Under the pieces are notes generated by a model. That model saw only the letters and a list, made by a program, of their open reading frames with translations. It had not been told where the DNA came from and did not search any database. DNA of 63,853 nt, counting the filler, from Octopus bimaculoides (lineage: Eukaryota), in assembly GCF_001194135.2 (NCBI RefSeq). It is 5 parts of 5 records of this genome, joined end to end, with 100 filler letters (N's around TTAATTAATTAA, not from the genome) between each part and the next. Parts side by side here need not be neighbours in the genome. Positions count along the whole stretch, not along the records: positions 1 to 26,870 come from NC_068983.1; 4 more parts are not named here. One strand, given 5' to 3'. A program made the translations under genes and the position numbers. Shown in pieces: positions 1 through 13,014 of this stretch. How positions within the stretch are numbered: the first letter of the stretch is position 1; each line of letters begins with the position of its first letter.

Positions 1-522
1 TATGTATATATATAAAATGATACTTGTATAAAGAGTAATTTAAAATCGAAAAATACTGGAAACTTAAAACCACAAACCTTTCTCGTTTTTCTTTAATATT
101 TATTTGAAATTATGCAGACTGAATTTAATATTTTCCTCAAAAACTTTGATATTTTCTTGAAAGATTAAATCGCTCTTAGAGACAAATTAGAATGCAAATT
201 CAAAATTTCACTTTTGTGCATGTGTGTGTATGTGTGTGCGTGCGTATATACACATTCATTTAGAGAGAAGTGAAGTAAGAGTCTATTTTGTTTGTTTATA
301 TGTTGTTGTTGTTGTTGCTTATAGTAGTATATAATAACACAACATTGCTATTACTGTTTGAAAGATATCAATATTTTACTTGTTTAAAATACAATCAACT
401 GACATTTTCTTGACATATTATATCTCATTGCTAAGACATAATGTCCAAAGTTTCAAATTAACTGTTTGATGACATTTATTTAATATGACGTGTGTGCGTG
501 TGCATACATTTATATATTTATA

Positions 523-730
523 GGGAGAATTCACAAAAAAACAACAGACGAAGACAGGTGGTGTAGAAAACAAACAGATGTATTCGTATAACGCTCGGAA
601 ATTGAAAAAGTCTTTAACGTTTCGAGCCTACGCTCTTCCACAGAAAGGAACACAGAAAGAAACAAGGAGAGAAAAAATAATGTGCGTAGTGGTTAGCGAT
701 CTATCATGGCGAATGCCGGACAGAAGGGTT
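523..730 (-). mobile_element. Penelope-like element terminal repeat (family G) with hammerhead-like motif
   Basis: Reverse complement aligns by eye with 43670-43860. Minus strand 647-611 reads CTTT CTGTGGA A GAGC GTAG GCTC GAAA C GTT AAAG. The Penelope link is inferred from the motif type. Confidence 0.6.
611..647 (-). ncRNA. Minimal type I hammerhead ribozyme-like motif (A6U variant)
   Basis: Helix I CUUU/AAAG, core CUGUGGA+A, helix II GAGC/GCUC, GAAA, self-complementary AACGUU in place of helix III. Confidence 0.5.
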
Positions 731-1870
731 ACACAGGAGAGCTAAGAAGAAGGGGAGATAACAAAGTAGTAGTGATCCCAAAACGATGTGTGTGTGTGTG
801 CGTCTGTGTGTGTGTGTGTGCGTCGGTGTGTGTGTGTGTAGTGAATTGGTAAAAAAAAGTACTTTCCTCTACATCCTTTCTCAAAATAAAAGTAACACTA
901 GACAGACAGGCGGGCAGGCAGACAGATATGAATATNNNNNNNNNNNNNNNNNNNNNNNNNNNNNNNNNNNNNNNNNNNNNNNNNNNNNNNNNNNNNNNNN
1001 NNNNNNNNNNNNNNNNNNNNNNNNNNNNNNNNNNNNNNNNNNNNNNNNNNNNNNNNNNNNNNNNNNNNNNNNNNNNNNNNNNNNNNNNNNNNNNNNNNNN
1101 NNNNNNNNNNNNNNNNNNNNNNNNNNNNNNNNNATATATATATATATATATATACAGAGAGAGAGAGAGAGAGAGAGAGTGAGAAACATACGTGTATATA
1201 TGTATATATTTATGCATACATACATAGACAGACAGTGAGGCAGGCAGACAGACAGACAGATACATACATAAAATACTCCCTGAAGAAGCACAATGAAATA
1301 CCTACAGTGAATTTGAACCTACACACCACTGGGTTATTTCATTGCTATACCAGTAATATACAAGGATCAAAGCAATCGACTGCACTATATACTGTGACAC
1401 TGTTGCATAGAGGATATAAAATGTAAGAAAAAATAATCGATATTTAAAGTAGAGTGACGCAATAGATTCAGAAACGAAACAAAAATCGATAAGAATTTTC
1501 TGAACTACTGACGTGCTGTATATTAAGTTTAGGAAATTTTAAAAGCAACGAAAATAAACGTGGTTCAGTGTATGAAAAGTACTTTGGAAAGCATAAAAAT
1601 TCAATCACTCACCTATCAAAGAGGGGAATATTTGAGATCAATCAACGCAGATATGCGATCGAAAATGTCTGAGATATTTGGTGGTGGAGGCGGCGGGAGG
1701 CGGTTAAGGTCAAGGCGAAATGTTAGGGTAACTCCGGATTGAGCAGACTCAGGTTTCTGACGATTTCCTCTCACTTGAGTCTGCCACAGCAGCAAATGGG
1801 GGAGCAGGTATTCAGAGGGCTGAGTACCCCAAAAAAGCCCTCTCTTTCTCTCTCCCTCTCTCACTCACTT

Positions 1871-1972
1871 AAGTTCTTTAGTTCTCCTACCATTTCTCTC
1901 TCTTTCTCTCTCTCTCTCACCCAAGTTCTTTAGTTCTCCTACCATTTCTCTCTCTTTCTCTCTCTCTCTCTC
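1871..1972 (+). repeat. Tandem duplication, 52-bp period, CT-rich
   Basis: aagttctttagttctcctaccatttctctctctttctctc starts at 1871 and again at 1923. Confidence 0.85.
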
Positions 1973-2084
1973 ATTCTCCCTTTCCTTCTCTTTCTTCTCA
2001 CACAAACATCACCGGATCATTTGTCTAAGCTGGACAAAAAGTCGAGTTTACCAAAGTAAACCTGATAAAATATTTGTCAAAGTG

Positions 2085-2195
2085 TTTTGGGGGGTCAGTA
2101 CCACTGTAGGGTGCTTTGAACAAGTGTCTTCTACAGCCCAAGGCCGATCAGTGCCAAGTGAGTGGATTTAGTCGACAGGAACTGAAAGAAGCCTG
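2085..2195 (+). mobile_element. SINE family B, diverged 5' fragment
   Basis: caagtgtcttcta...gtgagtggattt..gaactgaaagaagcc matches other family B copies. Confidence 0.6.
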
Positions 2196-2217
2196 TCATA
2201 TATATATATATATATAT

Positions 2218-2258
<41 letters not shown>

Positions 2259-2260
<2 letters not shown>

Positions 2261-2455
2261 CTTTTACTTGTTTCAGTCATTTGACTGCGGCCATGCTGGA
2301 GTACCACCTTTAGTCGAACAAGTACTTATTCTTTGTAAGCCTAGTACTTATTCTATCGTTCACTTTAGCTGAACCGCTAATTACGGGGACGTTAACGTAC
2401 CAATATCGGTTGTCAAGCGATGGTGGGGGCACAAACACAGAAACACAAATATGTA
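2259..2455 (-). mobile_element. SINE family B, 3' half
   Basis: Reverse complement of the tail seen at 61740-61912 (gctccagcatggccgcagtcaaatgactgaaacaagtaaaag). Confidence 0.85.
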
Positions 2456-2959
2456 TATTATATATATNNNNNNNNNNNNNNNNNNNNNNNNNNNNNNNNN
2501 NNNNNNNNNNNNNNNNNNNNNNNNNNNNNNNNNNNNNNNNNNNNNNNNNNNNNNNNNNNNNNNNNNNNNNNNNNNNNNNNNNNNNNNNNNNNNNNNNNNN
2601 NNNNNNNNNNNNNNNNNNNNNNNNNNNNNNNNNNNNNNNNNNNNNNNNNNNNNNNNNNNNNNNNNNNNNNNNNNNNNNNNNNNNNNNNNNNNNNNNNNNN
2701 NNNNNNNNNNNNNNNNNNNNNNNNNNNNNNNNNNNNNNNNNNNNNNNNNNNNNNNNNNNNNNNNNNNNNNNNNNNNNNNNNNNNNNNNNNNNNNNNNNNN
2801 NNNNNNNNNNNNNNNNNNNNNNNNNNNNNNNNNNNNNNNNNNNNNNNNNNNNNNNNNNNNNNNNNNNNNNNNNNNNNNNNNNNNNNNNNNNNNNNNNNNN
2901 NNNNNNNNNNNNNNNNNNNNNNNNNNNNNNNNNNNNNNNNNNNNNNNNNNNNNNNNNNN

Positions 2960-3058
2960 AATCGCTCACTCTTTATTGCCCCACTTTTCTTCAATGCCCC
3001 TTGGAACTTTCCACCGCCCCCAGAGAGGAAGCAATACCGCTCACTTTGGGAACCACTG
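2960..3058. mobile_element. Probable hAT-type MITE end; other end lost in gap
   Basis: Ends in tttgggaaccactg, the reverse complement of CAGTGGTTCCCAAA, the same TIR class as 59018-59613. Confidence 0.45.
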
Positions 3059-3119
3059 GACTAAACCATACAAGACGGTGCTCCAGCATGGCCGCAGTCC
3101 AATGACTGAGCCAAGTAAA

Positions 3120-3337
3120 ATATTCTTTTCTACTCTAGGCACAAGGCCCGAAATTTTGGAGGAGGGGGCCAGTCAATTAGATCGAACCAGTACGTGACTG
3201 GTACTTAATTTATCGAACCTGAAAGGATGAAAGGCAAAGTCGACCTCGGCGAAATTTGAACTCAGAACGTAGCGGCAGATGAAATACCGGTAAGCATTTC
3301 GCCCGCGTGCTAACGATTCTGCCAGCTCGCCGCCTTA
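3120..3337 (-). mobile_element. SINE family A, near full length
   Basis: Reverse complement reads aaggcggcgagctggcagaatcgttagc...ttctgagttcaaattt..gtcgactttgcctttcatcc...gtaccag...gccttgtgcctagagtagaaaagaata. Confidence 0.9.
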
Positions 3338-3604
3338 CGCCAATTAAAATAATAAAAGAATAATTAATCAGTGCACACATTTTTCCAGCGATGTAGGACT
3401 TGTTCCGAGCTACAGAAAGTTGTTTGAAATAAATACTATTTGCACAGAATATATATCGATCATTTGGATGATCGGTCGATATTGTGTCCGAACATTTGGC
3501 TAGTTGTGTTTTTTAATACGACTAGTTTACATTTTACTTACAGGTGAAAGACCAACACGTTACTTGTCAGAAGAGAAAACAATTAATGAAATGCAAAAAG
3601 GGCG

Positions 3605-3790
3605 CCCTCTACCGTAATATTTCGTACACATTTGGAACGGTGCTGCCATCAAATGGACATCTTAGATCGCATCAAAACAAGTCACCCGGCTTATTGGCAC
3701 GAAATCCCTATCAGCGACAGACTTCAATCTCTCGTCCACACGCGTCTTGTATCTCTGTCTTTGCCTTTTCTTCCGCAACTACAAGGCGAA
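3605..3790 (+). pseudogene. Decayed non-LTR retrotransposon ORF2 C-terminal fragment (CR1/Jockey/L2-like)
   Basis: Frameshifted mosaic HIWNGAA / LDRIK / RLIG / SDRLQSLVHTRLVS / LCLFFRNYK resembles the post-RT region of these LINEs. Confidence 0.5.
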
Positions 3791-4007
3791 CTGGAGGAGG
3801 ACTCAATACCGTATTAGTAGAGTGTTCTCAACAGCTATCATTTTTTTTTAAATGGCTGATTTTACCTTGACTGAAGATTACCGCTGGTATATAATACCCC
3901 ATATCGATAGATGAACCCACCATGTAGGACTTGCATGAAATAGCTCCAAATGGAAACCGAAACCGGGACATCACAGGTGTTGCATTTTCAATATTATTAA
4001 AGTTGAA

Positions 4008-4205
4008 AAGGCGGCGAACTAACAGAATCGTTAGCAAGACGGACAAAATGCTTAGCGGCACTTCGTCCGTCTTTACGTTCTTCGTTGAAATTCCGCCGAG
4101 GTCGACTTTGCTATTCATCTCTTCAGGGTTGATAAAATAAGTACCAGTTGAGCACTGGTATCGCTGTAATCGACTTAGGCTCTTTCCCGAACTTGCTGGC
4201 CTTTA
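4008..4205 (+). mobile_element. SINE family A
   Basis: aaggcggcgaactaacagaatcgttagc...ccgaggtcgactttgc...aagtaccag...gtaatcgactta. Confidence 0.85.
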
Positions 4206-4505
4206 TAAATCAATGTTATTCTAGATGGAAATTCAAATTTCCTTTTCTCAATCATTATCCATCTACAGCGTTACCTTTCATAGAACGGATAACTTTGGAA
4301 GTTTCTATATTTGCCACCAAGCGTGACATCAGGAAATATGGCAGACATACAATCATTATAATTTCACTTTTATCAAATTTTTTTGTTGTTTATACAAAAT
4401 GATGAAATGAATACTAATTTTCAAAAGGAATATATTTATTGCCTTAAAATATAATTAAATGAAATAGATTTCTCATTTGTATAACTACCCCATTACTTCT
4501 TTGTC

Positions 4506-4571
4506 ATGTACTCCCTCTCCTCATCCTTCCGCCACCATATGTACTCCCTCTCCTCATCCTTCCGCCACCAT
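4506..4571 (+). repeat. Perfect 33-bp tandem duplication
   Basis: atgtactccctctcctcatccttccgccaccat x2. Confidence 0.9.
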
Positions 4572-4699
4572 ACATAGGATTCACACTCATCCTGCACCTC
4601 CTGTTATCTCTCTCTTTCCCTCTCTCAGTATGCTATACAGCATGACCTGAAAAATTAACCAATATTTCTATCGGGTGTTTTACTTATGTCAGGGTGGGG

Positions 4700-4849
4700 C
4701 ACTGCCCCTGAAGGGTTTAGTCAGACAATTTTTCCCCGGTGCTTAGTCTGTCACTTATTCTATCAGTGTCTCTTGCTGAACTGCTAGATTACGGGAACAT
4801 AGACAAATCAACACCGATTCTCAAACGGTGAAGAGGAACAAACACGAAG

Positions 4850-4850
<1 letters not shown>
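4700..4850 (-). mobile_element. SINE family B, diverged 3' part
   Basis: cttattctatc..tctcttgctgaactgctag.ttacggg is the reverse complement of the family B tail. Confidence 0.6.
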
Positions 4851-4926
<76 letters not shown>

Positions 4927-5123
4927 CTTGAGAATTTTTGCAGTTAATAAATTTCTATTATTGCTACTTCTGTATTTTCTGAATTTGAATTTGAATATTT
5001 ATAAACCAAGATTTATACTTAAACCTATTATTTTAGGAATATCACTATTCACACAAAAAATAATAGGTAACAAATCAGTGATTCATTGGCTATTTTGTAT
5101 CCCTTAATGTGGTTATTTTAGCC

Positions 5124-5180
<57 letters not shown>

Positions 5181-5202
5181 TACGGGCTTCCACGGGCTTC
5201 CA

Positions 5203-5329
5203 CGCAGTTTCTGCCAACCAAATTCGTTGACAATACATCGGTTATCCAGCGCGAGGTTGCGAAGTGGAACTGAACTGGAAACTACGTGGTTGCAAAGCGA
5301 ATTTCTTAACCATTCGGCCTTGCCTGCAC
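5203..5329 (-). mobile_element. SINE family B-related 5' fragment
   Basis: Reverse complement ggtgcaggcaaggccgaatggttaagaaattcgctttgcaaccacg...gttcagttccac...gaaactgcgtggaagcccg. Confidence 0.6.
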
Positions 5330-5805
5330 CACAGATACTTATTATGCAATTAATTATTTTGCATTTCCTGTATTTGAAATCCTATAATCCTTAGGAATTT
5401 TTGGAATGCTGCCGAAGTTTCTACCCTATGTGGTGTATCTTGGGGTGGTTACTTTGACAGAACCTTTTCCTTCTTTAAACTATAACGTTTCAAAATAAAC
5501 CATAAACGTTTCAAGATTCTGCTCATAATCTTACAAGCTTTCTCAAACTTTAAAACATCTAGCTTAACCTACCCTGTTATATCTACTTAGATCAAGATCT
5601 TCTAAGACGTAGAAAGTTATACACCATCGCGAGAGATTAGAAAACAGTGACAAGAATTGTCGGCATTTTTACAAGTTATCCGATGCCCTCGGTATTATAT
5701 TCTCGACCTTCTGCACATTTCTTAGTGCACTAAATACTTTCAAAATTGGGTCATGTGACCAATTACGTCAATGGTTTGCGTTTTGATGGTTTAGATTGAA
5801 CTGCA

Positions 5806-6043
5806 TCAGTCCCCTAGTTTCCGTCCTTCTGCAAGATCCTTTGCGAGCCATATAGAGTCGTAGCGCCGGTTTCCCGGTTTCCGTGGCGCATAGATATATT
5901 TTTCCCTGGACAGGATGCCAGTCTGTCTCGGAAAATGAAATGATTTGTTTTGCTCAAAAACACAACGCATAGCCTGGTCCAGGAATCGAAACCGCAATCT
6001 TACGATCATGAATGCAATACCCTAACCACTAAGCCACGCGCCT
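5806..6043 (-). mobile_element. tRNA-derived SINE family E
   Basis: Reverse complement has A-box (gtggcttagtggttaggg), B-box (ggtttcgattcc) and tgttgtgtttttgagcaaaac core; matches 43509-43640. Confidence 0.8.
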
Positions 6044-6266
6044 CCCCTTCTGCACCAGCATATCATAAATGAGATGATTCGAACCCAGTTATGTGCGCTT
6101 ACAAATCTTCGGAATAATGGTTTAATTGGACAGTTATTACCGTCTATTCGTGTCTCTCCAGCAAAATGGCAGACGATAACTCGTTCTGCTTCCTATGGTT
6201 GATGCGCAGAGATTAGTGAACGCATGCGCAGAGATTAGTCAAAGAAAGTACTCCACTAACATCTAA

Positions 6267-6470
6267 TTTATTTCTTTATTGCCCACAGAGGGCTAAACAT
6301 AGAGGGGACAAACAAGGACAGACAAAAGGATTAAGTCGATTACATTGACCCCAGTGCGTAACTGGTACTTATTTAATCGACCCCAAAAGGATGAAAGGCA
6401 AAGTCGACCTCGGTGGAATTTGAACTCAGAACGTAAAGACAGACGAAATACCGCTAAGCATTTCGCCCGG
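6267..6470 (-). mobile_element. SINE family A with alternative 3' tail
   Basis: Family A core, but the tail reads ...tgtctgtccttgtttgtcccctctatgtttagccctctgtgggcaataaagaaataa. Confidence 0.85.
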
Positions 6471-6478
6471 TGGGTGGG

Positions 6479-6536
<58 letters not shown>

Positions 6537-7448
6537 TGACGAAGAAGAAAACACAACCAAAAAAAAACTCGACGAGATAAATTCACAATTGAAATTATTA
6601 GTTTGACGCTTTTGACGCTCAGAGAAAAAGAGGTAATTGTGATGACGTTTTGGATGGTGTCCCTTCTTCAGAATGAGATGTTGAGCGTACAGAGAAAGAG
6701 GGAAAACGAAGAAAAAAAAGAAAACAATTATAGGAGTAATCAGTCGAAAAATGTCCACATGGACCTGGTGTACATGGTGTTCCTTGACGTGTTGTACACG
6801 CAACTTGATCGCTAGAGTAACTACTATAGTTTTTTTTAGTTAAAAATTCATCCATACACACTGGCGCACGCATATACTACGCATACACAAACATACAGGT
6901 CTGAGCGCATGTGTATGTGTGGTGGATGTTGTTAGTTTTAATGGTGTAGCGTAATAGAGAAGAATGAGAGGAAAAGAAGAGGAAAACGTGAAAAAGAAAA
7001 GGAAGAAAGAAGATTATCCCATAAGGCTGGTGCATTTACATAAACATTGATGCTTATCCGTAAAGTCGATACTGTTAACACTGAAATCTTGCTGTTTTTA
7101 GTTGTTTCCTAATTGTGAGGAAGAAAGGGTTTCGACGAAAAGTCATCTGGGTAATAAATATACGCGAAGGAAATAATTTGAAATGCGTCGCCACCAACAG
7201 CATTGTTATGTGAGTGAAATACTTGTTAGAAAGTGTTATTCGATTAATAATTACTTAACAATTCTCAGATCTGAACAACAGCAGCAAGATGATGTTACGG
7301 CTAACCTCCAGCTATTATATTACAAAGATCAAAGCCTAGAACCAAAATCTAAACGTTCGTAAACTTGATCTAGAAAATGTCCAATCACAAAAGTCTGTTC
7401 TCCACAACAATTCACTGAAACAATCAATAAAATAGCTTCTGCTTTTAC

Positions 7449-7483
<35 letters not shown>

Positions 7484-8497
7484 TACTTTGCCAAATCAAT
7501 TGTTGTTTATTTATCTCGGGGATAAAAGGAAGTCGATTGGCTGATATTCCCAAATCAACTGCAACAACAGTCAACGAATCATGCGCACTCTTAGTCTTCA
7601 GAAAGCGACCTCCACCGCTCTGGGCCTTTGGTGACTTCAGAGTTTCTGCTCTTCAGTTTTACAAATCGACAAAACACTTCTAAAATATATAGTGCTCTTT
7701 AGGATAATGAATGACGGGAGAAACGACATGGCGTTGTTGGATCCCCGTCGTTTGTCGACGAGTATTTAGTTGTTCGATCAACTAAATAACTTGCCCTTGA
7801 ATTAACATTAATATTGTGGTTATTTTTTGTTTGAATAAAAATAGTGGATTATTAATCAATTAATTAGAGCTCGTACACTAAAACTGGTGCCATTTATGGA
7901 CCATTGCTGCCAATAATTATAAGAACAGGTTTTATTTCTAAGATAACTAAAGCTGAAGTCCATTTCGAGTCCTTAATTTCAGCGCATGAGTGGTTATGTA
8001 ATTATATGAATTTGAGATGATAAAACAAACTGAATAAACTTTGGGTATTTGAATATACAAATAGATAATGGATGTTTGCCGTCCGGAGCGCCCCCTGTAT
8101 ATATTGAAGAATAGATCTAACTTGGACACAACCAAGACGTATGTTCACGAGTTCAATGATCCTCTATTGAAGACAAACTCAGGTCCAACTCAACACATAC
8201 ACACACGCGCGCAAGCAAAACACACACGGATGCGCATGCACACACATATATATGATTAATGATGTTTATTGCCTACGAAACAGCTGTTGAGCGTAATTAA
8301 ATAATGAGATATAAACTATTTGGGAAATTTATTTTTCTGCTTTTCTTTCTAAAAGATTGTTTTAACAAATTCTATGCAAAGATGCTATATTTCCACTTGG
8401 ATTTACTGCTACATTATGATGCACTGGAGTTTAACGGCCTGTTATTCATTGAGCTTTTAATCACTGTAGATAGATATCTTGTGATTTTTAGATTCTA

Positions 8498-8541
<44 letters not shown>

Positions 8542-8686
8542 ATATATATATAGCAGACCAAGGTGACACTTGTTTACTGGTCATGCTTCAAGAATCCTGT
8601 GAAGAATTCTTGCAGTTCCAAGCAACGATAATTTTTGTAGGTGTTCTATCTTTACATTGATACCAATATCATCATCATCATCATCA

Positions 8687-8858
8687 TTAAGGCGGCGAGC
8701 TGGCAGTCTTTACGTTCTGAGTTCAAATTCCGCTGAGATTGACTTTGCCTTTCATTCTTTCGGGGTTGGTAAAATAAGTACCAGTCAAATACTCGGGTCG
8801 ATGTAATCGATTTAACCCCTCTCCTCAAAAACTTCTGGCCTTGAGCCAAAATTTTAAA
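8687..8858 (+). mobile_element. SINE family A (internal deletion)
   Basis: aaggcggcgagctggcag joined directly to tctttacgttctgagttcaaattcc. Confidence 0.85.
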
Positions 8859-9135
8859 CTATTGTTATTATTGTTGTTGTTTTGTTTTGTTTCGTTTTTA
8901 TTTTGCNNNNNNNNNNNNNNNNNNNNNNNNNNNNNNNNNNNNNNNNNNNNNNNNNNNNNNNNNNNNNNNNNNNNNNNNNNNNNNNNNNNNNNNNNNNNNN
9001 NNNNNNNNNNNNNNNNNNNNNNNNNNNNNNNNNNNNNNNNNNNNNNNNNNNNNNNNNNNNNNNNNNNNNNNNNNNNNNNNNNNNNNNNNNNNNNNNNNNN
9101 NNNNNNNNNNNNNNNNNNNNNNNNNNNNNNNNNNN

Positions 9136-9174
<39 letters not shown>

Positions 9175-9813
9175 TGTGTGTGTATAAGCTAGCAATGTGT
9201 TACTGTGTTGGAACAGTGGTTGATAAAAAGTGAATATCCTGGAATTTTGTTTCTGTTTTTCTGTTTCCATTTTGGCTTATTTCAATCAATAATGTTTGTC
9301 TGGTGCGGGTTTAGGAGTGTAATACAGCAATTGTCCATTGAATATGAGAAAGCTCGCTACCTGAATGCAAACACGTTTATAGATACACGACCTCTTTGCT
9401 GTTGTTTACCAATGGACATCGTTGTGAAGCAAGGTCTTTTTGTCTGGTTGCCAACAACCAGGTTTATTACTTAGAGAGAGAGAGAAGATGATAATTAACA
9501 ATTTGACGAACATCAGCGGAGAGAAATGCAATTGAACATTTTAGAATGTTTCTCTCGTTCATGAAAACTTAATGACACAATGCCTTCCCTCTTTTTCTCT
9601 TCCACACTCTCTCTCTCTCTCCCCTCTCTCTATTTATTTATTTATTTGTTTATCTATCAAGCTGGTTGTCTGTCTGACTGTCAATGTGTGTGTGTGGAAA
9701 TTCTGGTGATATTTGGTTGATAACTGATGAGGGGTTTAAGCTTTTCCGCGTCTACTAAGAGCATTTTTTTCCTGTTACTATGTATGTCCTGCCATATTTT
9801 TTATTATATATTT

Positions 9814-9860
<47 letters not shown>

Positions 9861-10124
9861 TGCGTGCGTGTGCGTGTGTGTAATTAACTCAGTTTCTGGG
9901 TTAATTATTTTTACCTCAGCAGTGATGTGTGCCGCAGTGCTCTTCATTGTGAAGTCAGCAACAGACACAGCTGAAACTTATTCAGACTCAGAAAACTTCT
10001 CTCCTTTTTGATGGATGAGACAATTTTCTGGGTTTATTTATTTTTTATTTTTTATTTTTATTTTACAATGAGTGGAAGGGGGTTTTTTTCCGTGATTTTC
10101 AAATCAACAACAACAAGAATCATT

Positions 10125-10295
10125 TCTACTATAACCACAAGGTCTGAAAATTGAGGGGAAGGGGATACTCGATGTAATAGACCCAGATGTTCAGCTGATA
10201 CTTATATTTAATCGACCCCGAAAGGATGAAAGGCAAAGTTGACTTCGGCGGAATTTGAACTCAGAACGTAAAGATGAGCAAAATGCCACTAAGCA
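10125..10295 (-). mobile_element. SINE family A
   Basis: atcgaccccgaaaggatgaaaggcaaagttgacttcggcggaatttgaactcagaacg. Confidence 0.8.
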
Positions 10296-10619
10296 TATAA
10301 AATCAAAAATTAATGCGTTGGTAAATGAGTGCATTGGAATATTAGTCAGGTTTGTAGATTTGAACAACAACAGCAGCAACAACAATGACGTTATCAGCAA
10401 TACTATTTGATCGTGAAATGTGAATCAGTAAATAAAACCAAATATATGTATGTAAATGATAAACAATAAACCGAAAGATAGGATCTTGTTAGGATATGCG
10501 AATATTACTATACATGCAATAAAGACGTCCACTGCACCTGTCGCTTAACATTTTGCCATGTCTGTGCAAATATAGAGACATAGATACATAATGGACTCAC
10601 CAGTCGCAAACAACAGATG

Positions 10620-10876
10620 AGGGCTCCGTAACTTCTTGCCAAACAACCTACACAAATGATTCGCTTATAGTGATCAAATGTCTGTACTGTACATAGACTC
10701 GCTCCCTCCTTCCAATCAACATTACCCGTACAGTGTGTCACACGTCAAATTTCGAAGTGATTGCGGAGCAACGTGAAATGAAGAGTTTTGCTCAAGAACA
10801 CAACACACCACCAGGTCCGGGAGTCGAAATCACGACCTTACCATCGTGAGTGCAACATCCTGGCCTGAAGCATACG
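10620..10876 (-). mobile_element. SINE family E variant
   Basis: ggagcaacgtgaaatgaag.gttttgctcaagaacac core plus tRNA-like head on the minus strand. Confidence 0.65.
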
Positions 10877-11127
10877 CCGCACGTGAGGTGTCTTTAATTT
10901 CACTGAGTCGTAGCAACGGGGGTGATGAAAATTGTTAGTTAAAGAAAATGGGGAGAACTTATAAAAAGACTGAGAAGCACGGGGTGAGAGGGACACTGAA
11001 TAGAATGCGAATAGAGTAAATAATAACATGAGGTGGTGGAGGAAAGAAGGATATCTATGATGGCACCAGATACCGTTTGATACAGAAATACATTTTTATA
11101 AACAGACACACACACTATATATGTATA

Positions 11128-11170
<43 letters not shown>

Positions 11171-12093
11171 NNNNNNNNNNNNNNNNNNNNNNNNNNNNNN
11201 NNNNNNNNNNNNNNNNNNNNNNNNNNNNNNNNNNNNNNNNNNNNNNNNNNNNNNNNNNNNNNNNNNNNNNNNNNNNNNNNNNNNNNNNNNNNNNNNNNNN
11301 NNNNNNNNNNNNNNNNNNNNNNNNNNNNNNNNNNNNNNNNNNNNNNTATATATATATATACATATATACGTATATATAGAGAGTCGCTAATGTATTTGCA
11401 CACAACCATTTTGGCATAAACATATGTGTACTTGTTATATGACTTCCTATTCAGATTCGTGTATGCACCGGAACCGAATTGGTGAACATGCATATGTTAA
11501 ACCAAGTCAAGTGCCTGCAGACGTACATACGGGTAAGTGCACAATAACATCCATACGGGGTTACGTACTCATCAGCGCGCGTACAAATTTACATACATAA
11601 ACAAAAACGAACACCCAAGCTTTTGAAAAAGAATACCTATAGGGAAAAGCGACCTGAATAATTACATAATTACTAGTGAGCATGCGTACATATTTACACA
11701 TATGCATACACCTACAAAAATATATAGTTATACAAGCCTATATGCACACCAACTGATACCGGGCATATTGTTATCACATTCACTCATATAAATAAACAAC
11801 TATAAAACTATCGGACTGTCAGTATACCTCACTCATCACAGTGCGCTTCTGTACAGTTTTAGCTTTAGGCGAGCAGGCCAACAAAAGAGGGACTCGAACA
11901 ACGTGATGTACATTACATACATACTTTATTGCATCACGATGTTTATCTCGCGACTTGAGTTTCATGCCAGCGTGATCTTCCGGCGGGAACATATGTGTGT
12001 GTATACATACTTGGGACGTGTTTACAAAGTTATAATTCTATTCAGTAAGCGTAATTTTTTCAAAAACAAATAACTGAAATCCATGTCTAAGTT

Positions 12094-12200
<107 letters not shown>

Positions 12201-13014
12201 AACACGCACACACACTTATACTAAGGTATTTAAACCTACGTTTTGAAGTACTGAGTACTTTCTTTACTACGTGAAAGCCTTGTTCTAATAAACAAGCTGG
12301 AAACGTATACATGCATACTCTCACATATATACACACCTTCGCCTACAAACATGTACATATGTACAAAGACGAATCCAAATACACTCTCTTAGATATGACT
12401 GTGAACAGGCATTCATATCTGTATAAACTTTCTTATATACAATTATATATATGTAGTTGTGTCGAAACCACAATGATTTCCGATAGAGCAGCTAAGGATC
12501 AGATGCTTCAATCCATTTCAATTAAAAGTGTTGTTATTGTGATGTTTGTATAGTTGTTTATACGTTCTCGTTTTTGGTTCGTCATCGGATTGATTGTATC
12601 CCCATTTGTAGTTCTGGTTTCCCATACTGCCTGGCACGGAATTTGGTCTGGATTTATTGTTTCTCTTGCTGGTTCATTGTATGTTTAAGGCTAATTAGGG
12701 TCTTTGTATTTAATTGATCTACATGGAAGGCTTTCATACATTTTTAAGTAATGGCACATCAGATAATTAGTGGTATTATAATTAATGGGCAAGATTTTAG
12801 CTAGTCATTATTTTATTGTGGACTTTGGCATATCTGGTTGTGTCTCCGTGCGTGCGTGTGTGTGTGCGTGTGTGTGCGTGTGTGTGTGTGCGCGCGCCGG
12901 TACATACATATACATAGACGGATACATGGACCTATGAACACTCAGATTTGTGTAAGTTACGCTTCCCTTCTTAAATTTCTATAAACATAATTTATCTATA
13001 TATGTGTATATATA

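Noticed and set aside
12550-12690. Hydrophobic plus-strand peptide suggesting a NUMT or membrane-protein exon
   Set aside because: No match to mitochondrial proteins I can recall and no good splice sites; T-richness explains it.
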